A stretch of DNA of 47,064 nt from a virus (taxonomy: Duplodnaviria; Caudoviricetes), in the IMG/VR virus record IMGVR_UViG_3300048861_000085, positions 1 to 47,064 of that record. One strand, written 5' to 3'. This document shows positions 17,256-27,637 of the stretch, in pieces; the stretch's first letter is position 1; every line of letters begins with the position of its first letter. Both the position numbers and the translations under genes were made by a program. The notes under the pieces were generated by a model that was given only the letters and a program-made list of their open reading frames with translations, had not been told where the DNA came from and ran no database searches.

Positions 17256-18569
17256 ATGAAGTTCTACGCCACACAGACGCTCGGCCCGAAGCGCTCGTTG
17301 ACGCCCGAAGGTTACCTGCTCTGCAAGGATGTACCGGTCGCGCGCACGGGCGATATGACGTACGCGCCCGGCGAGGTTCCGATTGCGCCGGGCCCCGATG
17401 GGTTGATCCACATCACGCGCGACGCCGACCAGGTGTTCCATCCGGACACGATCGCGAGCGCTGAAGGCAAGTCGATCACGGTGAGCCATCCCAACGACTT
17501 CGTGAATCCGAGCAACGTCAGAGAGTTCGAAGTCGGCACGATGATGAACGTTCGGCGCGGCGACGGGATCGACGTCGATCTGATGCTGGCCGACCTGCTG
17601 ATCAAGCGGGAGGACGGTATCGATGCCGTGCTCAAGCATGGCGTCGAACAGGTGTCGCTCGGATATGACGCCGACTACCAACAGGTTTCACCCGGCCGCG
17701 GGGTTCAGCGCGGAATTTTAATCAACCACGTGGCGTTGGTTCCCCGCGGCCGATGCGGTCCGCGCTGCGAAATTGGAGATGAGGAAACGGTTATGCCGAC
17801 CACCCCCGCAAAGAAGCCTAGCTGGCTCGACAACCTCAAAGCCTTGGTGAAGGACGCCGAGGCCGAGAACGAGACCGAAGCCGAGAAGGAAGCGCGGCTG
17901 AAAAAGGAAAAGGAAGAGGAAGAAGCAAAGGAAAAAGCCAAGACTGGCGATGCCCTTTCGCTGATCCTGCAAAAGCTCACCACGCTTGACGCTGACGTGC
18001 AGGCTCTCAAGCGCGGCAAAGCTGGCGACGAAGAGACGCCGGAAGAGAAGGAAGCACGCGAGAAGCGCGAGAAGGAGAAGAAGGAAACCGATGACGAAGT
18101 CGCCGCGGCTGCAGAAGCGCAGAAAAACGGCGTTCTCTCCGATCAGGACGTGCTGATCTACACCGGCGACAGTGCGGGCCTTATTCCCGCGCGCGCAGAG
18201 ATCCTCGCGCCGGGCATCAAGCTGCCGACGTTCGATTCCGCTAAGGCCAGCACGAAGGACACGGCTGCGCACCTGTGCGCGTGCCAGCGCCGCGCGCTCG
18301 CCGCCGCGCATAAAACGGATGACGGCAAGGCCGTGCTCACGCCGCTCGTCGGCGCGGCAACCGTGGACTTCGACAAGATGCCGCCGATGGCCGTCAATGC
18401 GATCTTCACGAGCGCGGCCGAAGCCATGCGCGCGAAGAACAACGCCGGCGGCGGCAAGGGCGCGACGATCGACCTCAAGCCGATGGGCAAGATGAGCGTC
18501 ACCGATTCGATTCGCAAGATGCAGGAAAACGCAGACAAGATGTGGGCCGGCGCGGTCCACTCCAAATAA
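17256..18569 (+). CDS. Prohead protease/scaffold (DUF2213-type)
   Basis: TPEGYL...VARTG, VSLGYDA and NHVALVPRGRCG, then a charged scaffold-like tail. Confidence 0.85.
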   Translation: MKFYATQTLGPKRSLTPEGYLLCKDVPVARTGDMTYAPGEVPIAPGPDGLIHITRDADQVFHPDTIASAEGKSITVSHPNDFVNPSNVREFEVGTMMNVRRGDGIDVDLMLADLLIKREDGIDAVLKHGVEQVSLGYDADYQQVSPGRGVQRGILINHVALVPRGRCGPRCEIGDEETVMPTTPAKKPSWLDNLKALVKDAEAENETEAEKEARLKKEKEEEEAKEKAKTGDALSLILQKLTTLDADVQALKRGKAGDEETPEEKEAREKREKEKKETDDEVAAAAEAQKNGVLSDQDVLIYTGDSAGLIPARAEILAPGIKLPTFDSAKASTKDTAAHLCACQRRALAAAHKTDDGKAVLTPLVGAATVDFDKMPPMAVNAIFTSAAEAMRAKNNAGGGKGATIDLKPMGKMSVTDSIRKMQENADKMWAGAVHSK

Positions 18570-18582
18570 GGAGCTTTAGGAC

Positions 18583-19074
18583 ATGACCGCTTACCTCTAC
18601 CGCCTGCCCAGTGGCTTCGCAGGCATGATCACGCGTGTCGACACGACCGACACGGAACCGCAGATCATCGACAGCACGACGCCGCCGACTTCCTTCGGCA
18701 TTCCCGTGAAGATGGTCGCCGGCAAGATCCAGCCGCTCGCGAATGGCGATGCGGCAACCGTGATTTACGGCTTCCTCGCGCGCCCGTTCCCTTTTCAAGG
18801 CCAGAACATCGCACCGGCCATCGGGACGCAGGTGCCGCCAACCTCCGGCACCGGCGACATCATGCGCCGCGGCTATATGTCGGTGAAGGTCAATGCTGGC
18901 ACGCCTGCGTTCGGCGGCATCGTGTATGCGCGCGTAGCCACCCCGTCCGGCGCCAAGGTCATCGGCGGTGTCGAAGCTGTCGCCGACGGCGCCAACACTG
19001 TGATCGTCGCCAACGCGCAGTTCATGAGCGCGCCGGACGCAAACGGCAACGTCGAAATCGCCTACAACATCTAA
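18583..19074 (+). CDS. Capsid cement/decoration protein
   Basis: Position between scaffold and MCP; GDIMRRGYMSV. Confidence 0.75.
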   Translation: MTAYLYRLPSGFAGMITRVDTTDTEPQIIDSTTPPTSFGIPVKMVAGKIQPLANGDAATVIYGFLARPFPFQGQNIAPAIGTQVPPTSGTGDIMRRGYMSVKVNAGTPAFGGIVYARVATPSGAKVIGGVEAVADGANTVIVANAQFMSAPDANGNVEIAYNI

Positions 19075-19088
19075 GGGGCTTTCCAGCA

Positions 19089-20141
19089 ATGAGCAAATAT
19101 CACAAGTCGCTTATCGCGACTGCCTCCGGCATTGCCCTGCGCGGCGCTCCGGCAATCATCCGCGCACGCACGATGGACAGCGCGATGCAGACGTTCGATG
19201 CGGCCACGGTCGACAGCGCAGGCGCATTCCTCATCGGCGAGCTCGAGCGGCTGGATCCCGAACTCCACGCGCCGCTCGCCTCGTTCACCTGGTCCCGCGA
19301 CATCGACCTGCGTGAAGACATCACGCTCGCCGATGACTTCTCGTCGTTCACCCGAACCGAATTCGCCGCTCCCGACGGCACCGCTGTCTCGAAGAAGTCG
19401 TGGATCGGTAAGACCACGACCGCTCTGACGGGCGTAGGCGTGGACAACGCGAAGGTACCGACGCCTGTGACCCCGTGGGGTATGGAACTCGGCTGGTCGA
19501 TGTTCGAGCTCGCCTCGTCGATGCAGGTCGGGCGCCCGATCGACACCGACAAGGTCACGGCGATGAACTGGAAGTACAACTTCGACGTCGACGAGCAGGT
19601 GTACACCGGCGATGCTGGCCTCGGTCAGTATGGCCTCGTGAACTCACCGCTGATCACGCCGACGAACGTGCCCAATGGCGCTGGCGGCTCGCCTCTTTGG
19701 GCCCAGAAGACGCCGGACGAGATCCTCGCCGACGTCAATACGACGCTTACGGCTGCGTGGGCTGCGTCTGGTTACGCGTACGTTCCGACGCGCTTGCTCG
19801 TGCCGCCGACGTCGTTCGCGAATCTTGTGTCGACGAAGGTCAGCACAGCCGGCAACGTCAGCATTCTCGAGTTCTTGAAGGCGAACTCGATCGCGATGGC
19901 GAACAACGGCACGCCGCTGCAAATCCTGCCTGTGAAGTGGCTGGAAACGGCGGGCGTCGGCAGCACGCGTCGCATGGTCGCGTACACGAAGGAGCGCAGC
20001 AAGGTCCGATTCCCGCTCGTTCCGCTGCAACGTACCCCGTTGCAGTTCCGTGGCATTCACCAGTATGTCGCGTACTATGGACGCCTCGGCGCTGTCGAGA
20101 TCGTCTATCCGGAACTCATCGCGTATCGCGACGGCATCTGA
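19089..20141 (+). CDS. Major capsid protein (DUF2184-type)
   Basis: GAFLIGELERLD, TWSRDI, GLVN, WAQKTPDEILADVN and EIVYP motifs. Confidence 0.9.
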   Translation: MSKYHKSLIATASGIALRGAPAIIRARTMDSAMQTFDAATVDSAGAFLIGELERLDPELHAPLASFTWSRDIDLREDITLADDFSSFTRTEFAAPDGTAVSKKSWIGKTTTALTGVGVDNAKVPTPVTPWGMELGWSMFELASSMQVGRPIDTDKVTAMNWKYNFDVDEQVYTGDAGLGQYGLVNSPLITPTNVPNGAGGSPLWAQKTPDEILADVNTTLTAAWAASGYAYVPTRLLVPPTSFANLVSTKVSTAGNVSILEFLKANSIAMANNGTPLQILPVKWLETAGVGSTRRMVAYTKERSKVRFPLVPLQRTPLQFRGIHQYVAYYGRLGAVEIVYPELIAYRDGI

Positions 20142-20151
20142 GGAGGGAACC

Positions 20152-20427
20152 ATGGCAAAGCTGACCGCAAAGAAGGCATTCCGACTCACGCGCGATGACG
20201 GCTCGACCGTCGATTACGCCGTCGGCGATCCAATCGCGAAGGAAGACGCCGAGCACTGGTACACGAAGGCTCATCTCGACGACCAGGCCGCCGACGATGA
20301 GCAGTCGGAGCGAATCGACGAGGCGGCCAAAGCACCGGCCGGCAACTCGAAGGATGCCGACGCACAGAAGCAAGCCGAGAACGCAACCAAAGCGGGCGAC
20401 ACCGTCCGCGCACCGACGAAAGGCTGA
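20152..20427 (+). CDS. Small head-associated protein
   Basis: GGAGG RBS; AEHWYTKAH. Confidence 0.7.
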   Translation: MAKLTAKKAFRLTRDDGSTVDYAVGDPIAKEDAEHWYTKAHLDDQAADDEQSERIDEAAKAPAGNSKDADAQKQAENATKAGDTVRAPTKG

Positions 20428-20801
20428 TGGACGCCGACCAGTTCCGCGCCGACTTTCCTGAGTTCGCAAACGTCTCGGATGGGCAGATCGATTTCTGGCT
20501 GAAGGTCTCAACGGCCATGGTCGATCCCGCGCGCTGGGACGAGCTCACGGACATCGGGATAGAGCTTCTCACCGCGCACCAGCTCGCGATCGCATTGCGC
20601 GATCAGAAGACTGGCGCGGCTGGCGGCGCTACTGGCGGTGTGTCTGGACCTGTCGCGTCGAAGTCCGTCGATAAGGTCAGCGTCAGCTACAACACGGCCG
20701 GCACGCAGTATGCCGACGCAGCGTTCTGGAATCTGACCTCGTACGGCATTCGCTACCTCGCCTTGGCGCGCATGTTCGGCGCGGGCGGCTACCAGCTTTG
20801 A
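20427..20801 (+). CDS. Head-tail adaptor (DUF4054-type)
   Basis: FRADFPEF...SKSVDKVSVSY...WNLTSYG. Confidence 0.85.
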   Translation: MDADQFRADFPEFANVSDGQIDFWLKVSTAMVDPARWDELTDIGIELLTAHQLAIALRDQKTGAAGGATGGVSGPVASKSVDKVSVSYNTAGTQYADAAFWNLTSYGIRYLALARMFGAGGYQL

Positions 20802-20805
20802 AGTC

Positions 20806-21285
20806 ATGCCAGTCAAGATCACGGTCGACAAGATGGCCAGCATCATCAAGGCCATCAACGAGCTCGGCGCCAAAGATGTGCTCGTCGGGATTCCGGAGGG
20901 CAACACGGATCGGAAGTCTGGCGACCCGGCGACCAATGCGCTGATCGGGTACGTGCAGGAATTCGGTTCGCCGGCGAATAACATCCCGGCGCGCCCGTTC
21001 CTGATCCCGGGCGTGCAGGACATCCAGAAGCCGGCGGCCGATCGGCTGAAGGTCGCCGCGCAGCGCGCGTTGAGTGGCGACCTGTCGCAGGCAGAGAAGC
21101 AGCTGCATGCGGCCGGCATGATGGGCCAGAACTCCGCTCGAGCGAAGATCAACAGCAACATCCAGCCGAAGCTGTCCGGACGCACGCTCGCTGCACGGCG
21201 CGCGCGCGGCGTCACGCGCGAGAACACGCTGATCGATACCGGCCAGCTGCGCAACGCGATTACGTACGTCATCCGGAAGAAGTAG
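20806..21285 (+). CDS. Neck/tail completion protein
   Basis: EFGSPANNIPARPFL and LIDTGQLRNAITY. Confidence 0.8.
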   Translation: MPVKITVDKMASIIKAINELGAKDVLVGIPEGNTDRKSGDPATNALIGYVQEFGSPANNIPARPFLIPGVQDIQKPAADRLKVAAQRALSGDLSQAEKQLHAAGMMGQNSARAKINSNIQPKLSGRTLAARRARGVTRENTLIDTGQLRNAITYVIRKK

Positions 21286-21287
21286 CC

Positions 21288-21659
21288 ATGCCATTGCTCG
21301 ATGTGACCGAGGTCCTGTTCGATCCGGACTTCGCGGATACGCTCACGTGCATTCGCCAGACGCAGACCGTTGGTGACGACGGGATTGCAGTGAACGCGAC
21401 ACAGACTGTGTCATTCGTCGGCGTCGTGACGGCGGACAGCGGCAAGGAACTGGCACGGCTCGCCGCCGGCTCACACGTCTCCGGTTCGATCCTCGTCCAT
21501 ACGGTGTTTCGCCTAACCAACGGCGGCCCGGATGGCGTGGATTCGGATCAGATCGTGTGGAACGGCGATAAGTACGTCGTGACGAGTATCAACGACTACA
21601 GCACCTTCGGCGCGGGCTTCATCTGCGCCAGCTGCGACCTGCTGCCCCTTTCAGGCTGA
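21288..21659 (+). CDS. Head closure/stopper protein
   Basis: LDVTEVLFDPDF; synteny. Confidence 0.7.
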   Translation: MPLLDVTEVLFDPDFADTLTCIRQTQTVGDDGIAVNATQTVSFVGVVTADSGKELARLAAGSHVSGSILVHTVFRLTNGGPDGVDSDQIVWNGDKYVVTSINDYSTFGAGFICASCDLLPLSG

Positions 21660-21663
21660 ACCC

Positions 21664-22224
21664 ATGGCGAACGATTCCTCAACCGGCGGCTATCTAGCGC
21701 CAGTAGACGCGCAACCTCCTCCGGAAGATGCTGCGCTCGATGAGATCTTTCAGCAGCTTGTTGTCGGCGTGACTGGGTTGCCCGGGTCGTTGGTGCGGCC
21801 GCGCTGGCAGCCGACTGTGCCGAAACAGCCGGAAGCGAACGTCAACTGGTGTGCGATCGGTGTGAATGAGCAGGACCCGGATGCATCGCCCGTGCTCCAG
21901 CACAACAGCGCTGGCGACGGCAGCGACACCTATATCCGTCATCAGAGCATCGATGTGCTGTGCTCGTTCTACGGGCCGGGCGCGAAAGGCTATGCGCAGC
22001 TGCTCGTCGATGGGCTGAGCGTTCCGCAGAACATCGAGCAGATCAAAGCACGCGGCATGGCCTTCGTAAGCATCGGCGGCATCCGAGCGGCTCCCGATTT
22101 CGTCAATGAGCAGTGGATTCGTCGGTATGACCTGATTGTGCACTTCCGGCGCGCGATCACGCGCACGTATGCAGTTTTGAACATCCTGTCGGCACAGCCC
22201 GACTATCACAGCGACAACCCTTAA
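21664..22224 (+). CDS. Tail terminator/neck protein
   Basis: GLPGSLVRPRWQP...SFYGP; precedes the sheath gene. Confidence 0.7.
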   Translation: MANDSSTGGYLAPVDAQPPPEDAALDEIFQQLVVGVTGLPGSLVRPRWQPTVPKQPEANVNWCAIGVNEQDPDASPVLQHNSAGDGSDTYIRHQSIDVLCSFYGPGAKGYAQLLVDGLSVPQNIEQIKARGMAFVSIGGIRAAPDFVNEQWIRRYDLIVHFRRAITRTYAVLNILSAQPDYHSDNP

Positions 22225-22245
22225 TCGGATCGCGGAGAAATATTC

Positions 22246-23730
22246 ATGTCTCAGGGACTTTCTGTCAGCGACGTCGTCAATGTGACGATCAACATGTCGC
22301 CGATCGCGGCCGCGGTCCGAAACTTCGGTGCGCTCCTCGTGCTCGGTTCCTCGTCGGTCATCGACACGAATGAACGCATTCGCGCGTATACGACGCTCAT
22401 AGCTGTCGGCAACGACTTCGGCCAGACGGCGCCGGAATATCTCGCGGCAACGAACTTCTTCTCGCAGTCGCCGCAGCCTTCGCTGCTGTACATCGGGCGA
22501 TGGGCACAGACGGCGACGTCGGGTGTGCTGCACGGTGCGCGCCTTTCGACCTCGCAACAGGCGATCGCGAACTTCCAGGCGATCACGAACGGCGGTTTCA
22601 ATATCACGATCGATGGCGTCGTCAAGAACGTGACCGGCCTGAACTTCTCAGGAGCTGCAAACCTGAACGCCGTGGCAGCAATCATCGCGACTGCGCTTGG
22701 CACGGCTGCGAACGCCGTCTGGGGCGCAAACAATCAGCGCTTCGACATCGTCAGCAAAACGACAGGCGCGACCTCGACGGTCGGCTATGCATCGGCCGGC
22801 ACCGGGACGGATGTTTCCACGCTGCTCGGCCTGACCGCGGCGAGCGGAGCATCCGCACCCGTCGCCGGTATTGCCGCCGAGACGTTGCTCTCGGCGGTGG
22901 CGCAGCTGGCGAACATCTCGAACGACTGGTACGGCCTCGCGGTTGCGGCGATCGGACTTGTCGACGCGGATCAGATCGCGGTGTCCGGCTTCGTCGAAGC
23001 GGCGAGCCCGAATCGCATCTTCGGCATCACGACGCAGGCGTCCGCAACGCTCGATCCGACGTCCACGACGGATCTCGCCTATGTGCTGGCGGCCGCGAAA
23101 TATCGACGCACGTTCATCCAGTATTCGTCGTCGAGCCCCTACGCTGTGTGCTCGATGTACGGTCGCGCCTTCACCGTCGATTTCACCGGCAACAAGACGA
23201 CGATCACGCTCAAGTTCAAGCAGGAGCCCGGCGTGACCGCCGAGACTCTCACCGAAACGCAGGCGGCGACGCTGAAGGCGAAGAAGTGCAATGTCTTCGT
23301 GAACTACAACAATTCGACGGCCATCATCCAGGAAGGCCAGATGTCGGACGGTTCGTTCTTCGACGAAGTGCACGGCCTCGACTTCACGCAGAACGACGTG
23401 CAGACGGCCGTCTACAACGCGCTCTATACCAGCCCGACGAAGATTCCGCAGACCGACGCCGGCAACGAGATCCTCGCCAACGTGGTGTCCGCGCGCCTCG
23501 CGCAGGGCGTCACGAACGGCCTGATCGCGCCAGGCGTATGGAACTCCGCAGGCTTCGGAGCGCTCGCGCAGGGCGACACGCTCGACAAGGGGTACTACGT
23601 CTACACGCCTCCGGTGTCGAGCCAGTCTCAGGCTGATCGCGAGGCTCGAAAGGCGGTCGCGATGCAGTGCGCAATCAAGCTGGCGGGCGCAGTGCATAGC
23701 GCGAACGTCATCATCAACGTCAATCGATAA
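22246..23730 (+). CDS. Contractile tail sheath (DUF3383-type)
   Basis: VSDVVNV, FFSQSPQP, TLKFKQEPG, KIPQTDAG and KLAGAVH. Confidence 0.9.
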   Translation: MSQGLSVSDVVNVTINMSPIAAAVRNFGALLVLGSSSVIDTNERIRAYTTLIAVGNDFGQTAPEYLAATNFFSQSPQPSLLYIGRWAQTATSGVLHGARLSTSQQAIANFQAITNGGFNITIDGVVKNVTGLNFSGAANLNAVAAIIATALGTAANAVWGANNQRFDIVSKTTGATSTVGYASAGTGTDVSTLLGLTAASGASAPVAGIAAETLLSAVAQLANISNDWYGLAVAAIGLVDADQIAVSGFVEAASPNRIFGITTQASATLDPTSTTDLAYVLAAAKYRRTFIQYSSSSPYAVCSMYGRAFTVDFTGNKTTITLKFKQEPGVTAETLTETQAATLKAKKCNVFVNYNNSTAIIQEGQMSDGSFFDEVHGLDFTQNDVQTAVYNALYTSPTKIPQTDAGNEILANVVSARLAQGVTNGLIAPGVWNSAGFGALAQGDTLDKGYYVYTPPVSSQSQADREARKAVAMQCAIKLAGAVHSANVIINVNR

Positions 23731-23742
23731 GCGGGGTTCTGG

Positions 23743-24189
23743 ATGAGCACCTATTCGTTTCAAGACGTCCAGGCCTCAATCACGGGTCCGGGCGGAAGCT
23801 TCGCGCTCGGCTATGGCCAGGCGACGGCGAAGGAAGGCATTTCGGTTCAGCGCGCGGCGAACAAGAACGCGATGCTGGTCGGCTCCGATGGCGAAGGCAT
23901 GCACAGTCTGCGCGCCGACAAGTCGGGAACGATCACGCTGCGCTACCTTAAGACGGCTCCCATCAATCAGAAACTGATGGCCATGGCGACCGCACAGGCC
24001 GTGAGCTCGACGCTCTGGGGGCAAAACGTGATCACGGTGACGCAGAAAGCCTCCGGCGATCTCACGACCGGGCGCCAGTGTGCATTCCAGAAGATTCCCG
24101 ATCTGAACTACGCCGAAGACGGCGATATCGTCACGTGGGTGTTCGACGTGATCAAGATCGATTCGATGCTTGGGGCGTACCAGCAATGA
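23743..24189 (+). CDS. Tail tube protein (DUF3277-type)
   Basis: TYSFQDV...GSDGEGMHS; follows the sheath gene. Confidence 0.85.
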   Translation: MSTYSFQDVQASITGPGGSFALGYGQATAKEGISVQRAANKNAMLVGSDGEGMHSLRADKSGTITLRYLKTAPINQKLMAMATAQAVSSTLWGQNVITVTQKASGDLTTGRQCAFQKIPDLNYAEDGDIVTWVFDVIKIDSMLGAYQQ

Positions 24190-24647
24190 CCGAGTTCGAA
24201 ATCAACGGCGTGCAGTACCGCAGCGGCAAGCTAGACACCTTCAAGCAGCTGCACGTCTCGCGCAAGATCGCGCCGCTCGTGCCGAAGGTACTGCCGGCGT
24301 TCGCTGCGATCGCTCAGGCGAATCGCCCGGCGGGCGCTGCGCTTGGCGTCGCGAATATCGACCTGATCGCGAAGGCGATCGAGCCCGTCACCAACGTGAT
24401 GGCCGAGATGACCGATGCCGACGTCGAGTATCTGTTCGCGAACTGCCTGGCGGTCGTTCAGCGCAAGCAGGGTAAAGACTGGGCTCCGATCTGGCGTAAC
24501 GAGGCGCTCATGTTCGACGACATCGAGCTGCCCCAGATGACGCAGATTGCGATGAAGGTCATTTGGGACAACCTTGGGCCTTTTATTCAAGGGTTGCTCG
24601 CCAAGCAGACCGCGAGCAACCCAGCCGAAGCGCCGGCGCAAGCGTGA
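24186..24647 (+). CDS. Tail assembly chaperone
   Basis: FEINGVQYR...QLHVSRKIAP; between tube and tape measure. Confidence 0.8.
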   Translation: MTEFEINGVQYRSGKLDTFKQLHVSRKIAPLVPKVLPAFAAIAQANRPAGAALGVANIDLIAKAIEPVTNVMAEMTDADVEYLFANCLAVVQRKQGKDWAPIWRNEALMFDDIELPQMTQIAMKVIWDNLGPFIQGLLAKQTASNPAEAPAQA

Positions 24648-24832
24648 TCGAATGGGCCTCGATGACGGATGAGGAGGACTGGGTAATGCGTCCGTGCGTG
24701 CGCGGTATGTGCCTCTACGAAAGCATGCTGTCCGGAAAGATCGGTCTGCATGACGTCGCGCGCATGAACGAGGCGCTCGACGTCATCGAAATCAACCGCC
24801 AGAAGGCGCAAGCGCTGCAACCGCGAGAATAG
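24644..24832 (+). CDS. Second small tail chaperone ORF (-1 frame relative to upstream)
   Basis: EEDWVMRP...YESML...DVARMNEALD. Confidence 0.65.
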   Translation: MIEWASMTDEEDWVMRPCVRGMCLYESMLSGKIGLHDVARMNEALDVIEINRQKAQALQPRE

Positions 24833-24834
24833 TT

Positions 24835-26727
24835 ATGGCCGCAGAGCAGGACATCATCCGCGAGTTCCTGGTGTCGCTCGGCTTCAAGATCGAAAAGGCC
24901 GGACTCGAGTCGTTCGTTAAGGGCATCACCGCGGCATCGTCCGCAGTGCTGGCCAGCGTCACGGCGATCGAAGACAACCTTGAGCGTCTGTACTTCGCCT
25001 CTCAGCGCACGAAAGCCTCCGCCGAAAACATCCGTGCTTTCGGCTTCTCGCTCGCTCAGATGGGATCGAGCGCGGGCGCAGCGCTCGAATCGATCGAGAA
25101 CCTCGCGCGGCTGATGCGAAACACACCCGGCGCCGCGGGGCTGATCCAAAGCATCGGCGTTCAGACGAAGACCGCGAACGGCGAGCTGCGCGACACTTCC
25201 GAGATCCTGCGCGACCTCGGCAAGCAGTTCGCAAACATGCCGTATTACCGGGCGAACGCCTATGCGCAGGCGCTCGGCATCGACGAGAAGACGCTCATTG
25301 CCTTGCGCCAGGGCTTGGGTGATTTCGGCGATGAATACCGCGATATGTTGGGGAAGATTGGCCTCAACCTCGGCGATGCGACGAAGAAGAGCCATGAATT
25401 CATGGTCGAGACGCGCACGCTGGCGTCTGCAATCGCAATCGTCGGTCAGCGCATCTCCACGTCATTCAGCGAGCGCCTGACGGCGTATATCCGGCGCTTT
25501 CGTGAGCAGCTCGTAGAGAACTTCGGGCGCATCGCTGACATCATCGATCGCGTAACGAAGGGTGTGCTCTGGCTTGCCGATATCGTCTCGCAGATGGCAT
25601 TGCGTGCGATACAGGCCGTCGACACCGTAGTGGACGGGTGGAACGAGCTGGATGAGGGCACGCAGAAGGTCATCGCCGGCATCGCGGCTCTCGTCGTCGG
25701 CTGGAAGGTTCTGAACGCGGTTTTTCTCGCGACACCGCTCGGGCGGCTCACGGCCCTGTCGCTTGCGCTGCTCACCCTGTACGACGATTACAGGACGTGG
25801 CGCGAAGGCGGCAAATCGCTCATTGATTGGTCGGTCTGGGAAGATCAGATCAATAACGCCATGTTCGGCCTCGGCAAACTGGGGCGCGCGCTGCGCGGGC
25901 TCGGGAAGATGGCGCAGGATGCCTGGGCTGGTAATTGGTCGGCACTTCCCGATGATTGGGAGGAGGTCAAGGCGGCGCTCGACGCGGGTGACGCCGGTGG
26001 CGGAAACAGTCAAGCTGATGTCGATGCCTACAAGGATAGTGGCGGCGCTCGTCTGACGCCTGATGCGCAGCGGCGATCCTCTGAGGTGGACACAGGCAAT
26101 GGATCTGGAGATTGGGACGCGAGTCGGATAGATCTCGGCAACGGCACCTGGGACGAACCCGTGGGCACGGATTCGTCGCTTCCCCGCGGAATCCGGAACA
26201 ATAACCCGGGCAACCTTGAGTACCGTGGCCAAAACGGCGCGTCGCTTGAGGATCACGCAAACCCGCGCTTCGCTCGGTTCCGCACTGCGGAGGAAGGCCT
26301 TGCGGCGCTTGCTGCGCAGCTACGCCGTTATGGGCAACGTGGCATCGATACCGTTGGCAAGGTCATCTCGAAGTACGCGCCGTCGATCGAAAACGACACA
26401 CCTGGTTACACCGGATCTGTGTCGCGACGGCTCGGCGTAGATTCGAACACGCGACTTGACCTGAACGACCCTGCAATACTTCAAGGCCTGATGGGAGCAA
26501 TCATTCAGGTCGAGAACGGGCGAAACCCCTACAGCGCCGAGCAGCTCGCGGCCGCGTCCGGCGCTCGTGCAGCCGCCGCGCCGGATCGGCCCGTCTCCAT
26601 CAGTCAGAGCACGACGATCCACGTGGCAGGAGGAGGCAACGCGGAGGCGACCGGGCAGGCGGTCGCGGGTCAGCAAGACGGCGTCAATCAACGGTTGGTT
26701 CGTAACGTGAGGACGGTTGCGCAATGA
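24835..26727 (+). CDS. Tape measure protein with C-terminal muralytic (lysozyme-like) domain
   Basis: IREFLVSLGF start, helical body, RGIRNNNPGNL...KYAPSIENDT...ENG. Confidence 0.85.
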   Translation: MAAEQDIIREFLVSLGFKIEKAGLESFVKGITAASSAVLASVTAIEDNLERLYFASQRTKASAENIRAFGFSLAQMGSSAGAALESIENLARLMRNTPGAAGLIQSIGVQTKTANGELRDTSEILRDLGKQFANMPYYRANAYAQALGIDEKTLIALRQGLGDFGDEYRDMLGKIGLNLGDATKKSHEFMVETRTLASAIAIVGQRISTSFSERLTAYIRRFREQLVENFGRIADIIDRVTKGVLWLADIVSQMALRAIQAVDTVVDGWNELDEGTQKVIAGIAALVVGWKVLNAVFLATPLGRLTALSLALLTLYDDYRTWREGGKSLIDWSVWEDQINNAMFGLGKLGRALRGLGKMAQDAWAGNWSALPDDWEEVKAALDAGDAGGGNSQADVDAYKDSGGARLTPDAQRRSSEVDTGNGSGDWDASRIDLGNGTWDEPVGTDSSLPRGIRNNNPGNLEYRGQNGASLEDHANPRFARFRTAEEGLAALAAQLRRYGQRGIDTVGKVISKYAPSIENDTPGYTGSVSRRLGVDSNTRLDLNDPAILQGLMGAIIQVENGRNPYSAEQLAAASGARAAAAPDRPVSISQSTTIHVAGGGNAEATGQAVAGQQDGVNQRLVRNVRTVAQ

Positions 26728-27326
26728 GCATCCTAAGCAACGCCGCCATTCTCGGCGGTGTGAATGTGTTGCAGACGGTTCTGCTCAAGCGCGGCCGCTC
26801 TCTAGCCGGGATCATTCCGAACGTCGTCATCGAGGAATCGCACACCGACGAACTGACGATCACGAATCACCCCGTCGAGCGTGGCGCGGCCATCACGGAC
26901 CACGCGTTCAAGAATCCGGCTCAGGTGACGGTGCACTATGGTTTCGGAGCGAGCGGACTCGGCTTGAGCCTGCTAAATGGCGGGATCGATCCGAGCGCCA
27001 TCTATCAGCAGCTGCTCGCGATACAGGCTTCGCGCGTGCCGTTCGACCTGGTCACCGGCAAGCGCTCGTATTCGAACATGCTGATTGCGACGTTGTCCGA
27101 GACCACGGACATGCAGACGGAGAACGTGCTGATCGTCACGGCAACGATGCGCGAGATCATCATCGTTGACACGAGTACCGTCACTTTGGCGCCGGCGGAT
27201 GCGCAGGCCAGCCCGGAGAAGACAGCCGGCGTCGAGAACTCCGGAACGAAGCAACCGCAAGAGAAACCCGCCGCGAGTCTGTTGTATCGCGCGAAAACCG
27301 CAATCACCTCTTCGTTGGGCCTGTAA
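26724..27326 (+). CDS. Baseplate/tail-tube initiator (Dit-like)
   Basis: EESHTDELTITNHPVERGA...TGKRSYSNMLI. Confidence 0.8.
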   Translation: MSILSNAAILGGVNVLQTVLLKRGRSLAGIIPNVVIEESHTDELTITNHPVERGAAITDHAFKNPAQVTVHYGFGASGLGLSLLNGGIDPSAIYQQLLAIQASRVPFDLVTGKRSYSNMLIATLSETTDMQTENVLIVTATMREIIIVDTSTVTLAPADAQASPEKTAGVENSGTKQPQEKPAASLLYRAKTAITSSLGL

Positions 27327-27637
27327 TGGCGATCTATGAGATTCCGCTAAGCAACTCGCCACAATCGTTTCAGATCGCGCTTTCGGGTGTCACGTACAAG
27401 CTCACACTGATGTGGCGCGATGCGCCGCAGGGTGGTTGGTACCTCGACATTGCGGATGCTGCGGCAAACAGGGTCTTGAGCGGGGTTCCGCTGGTGACGG
27501 GCGCGGATCTGCTCGAGCAATACGATTATCTCGGCATAGGTGGCGAACTATGGGTGCAGACGGACGGCGATGAGGCAGCTGTGCCGACGTTCGATAACCT
27601 CGGCACGGCATCGCATCTTTACTTCGTGGCATCGTGA
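27326..27637 (+). CDS. Baseplate protein
   Basis: YEIPL...GVPLVTGADLLEQY. Confidence 0.75.
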   Translation: MAIYEIPLSNSPQSFQIALSGVTYKLTLMWRDAPQGGWYLDIADAAANRVLSGVPLVTGADLLEQYDYLGIGGELWVQTDGDEAAVPTFDNLGTASHLYFVAS

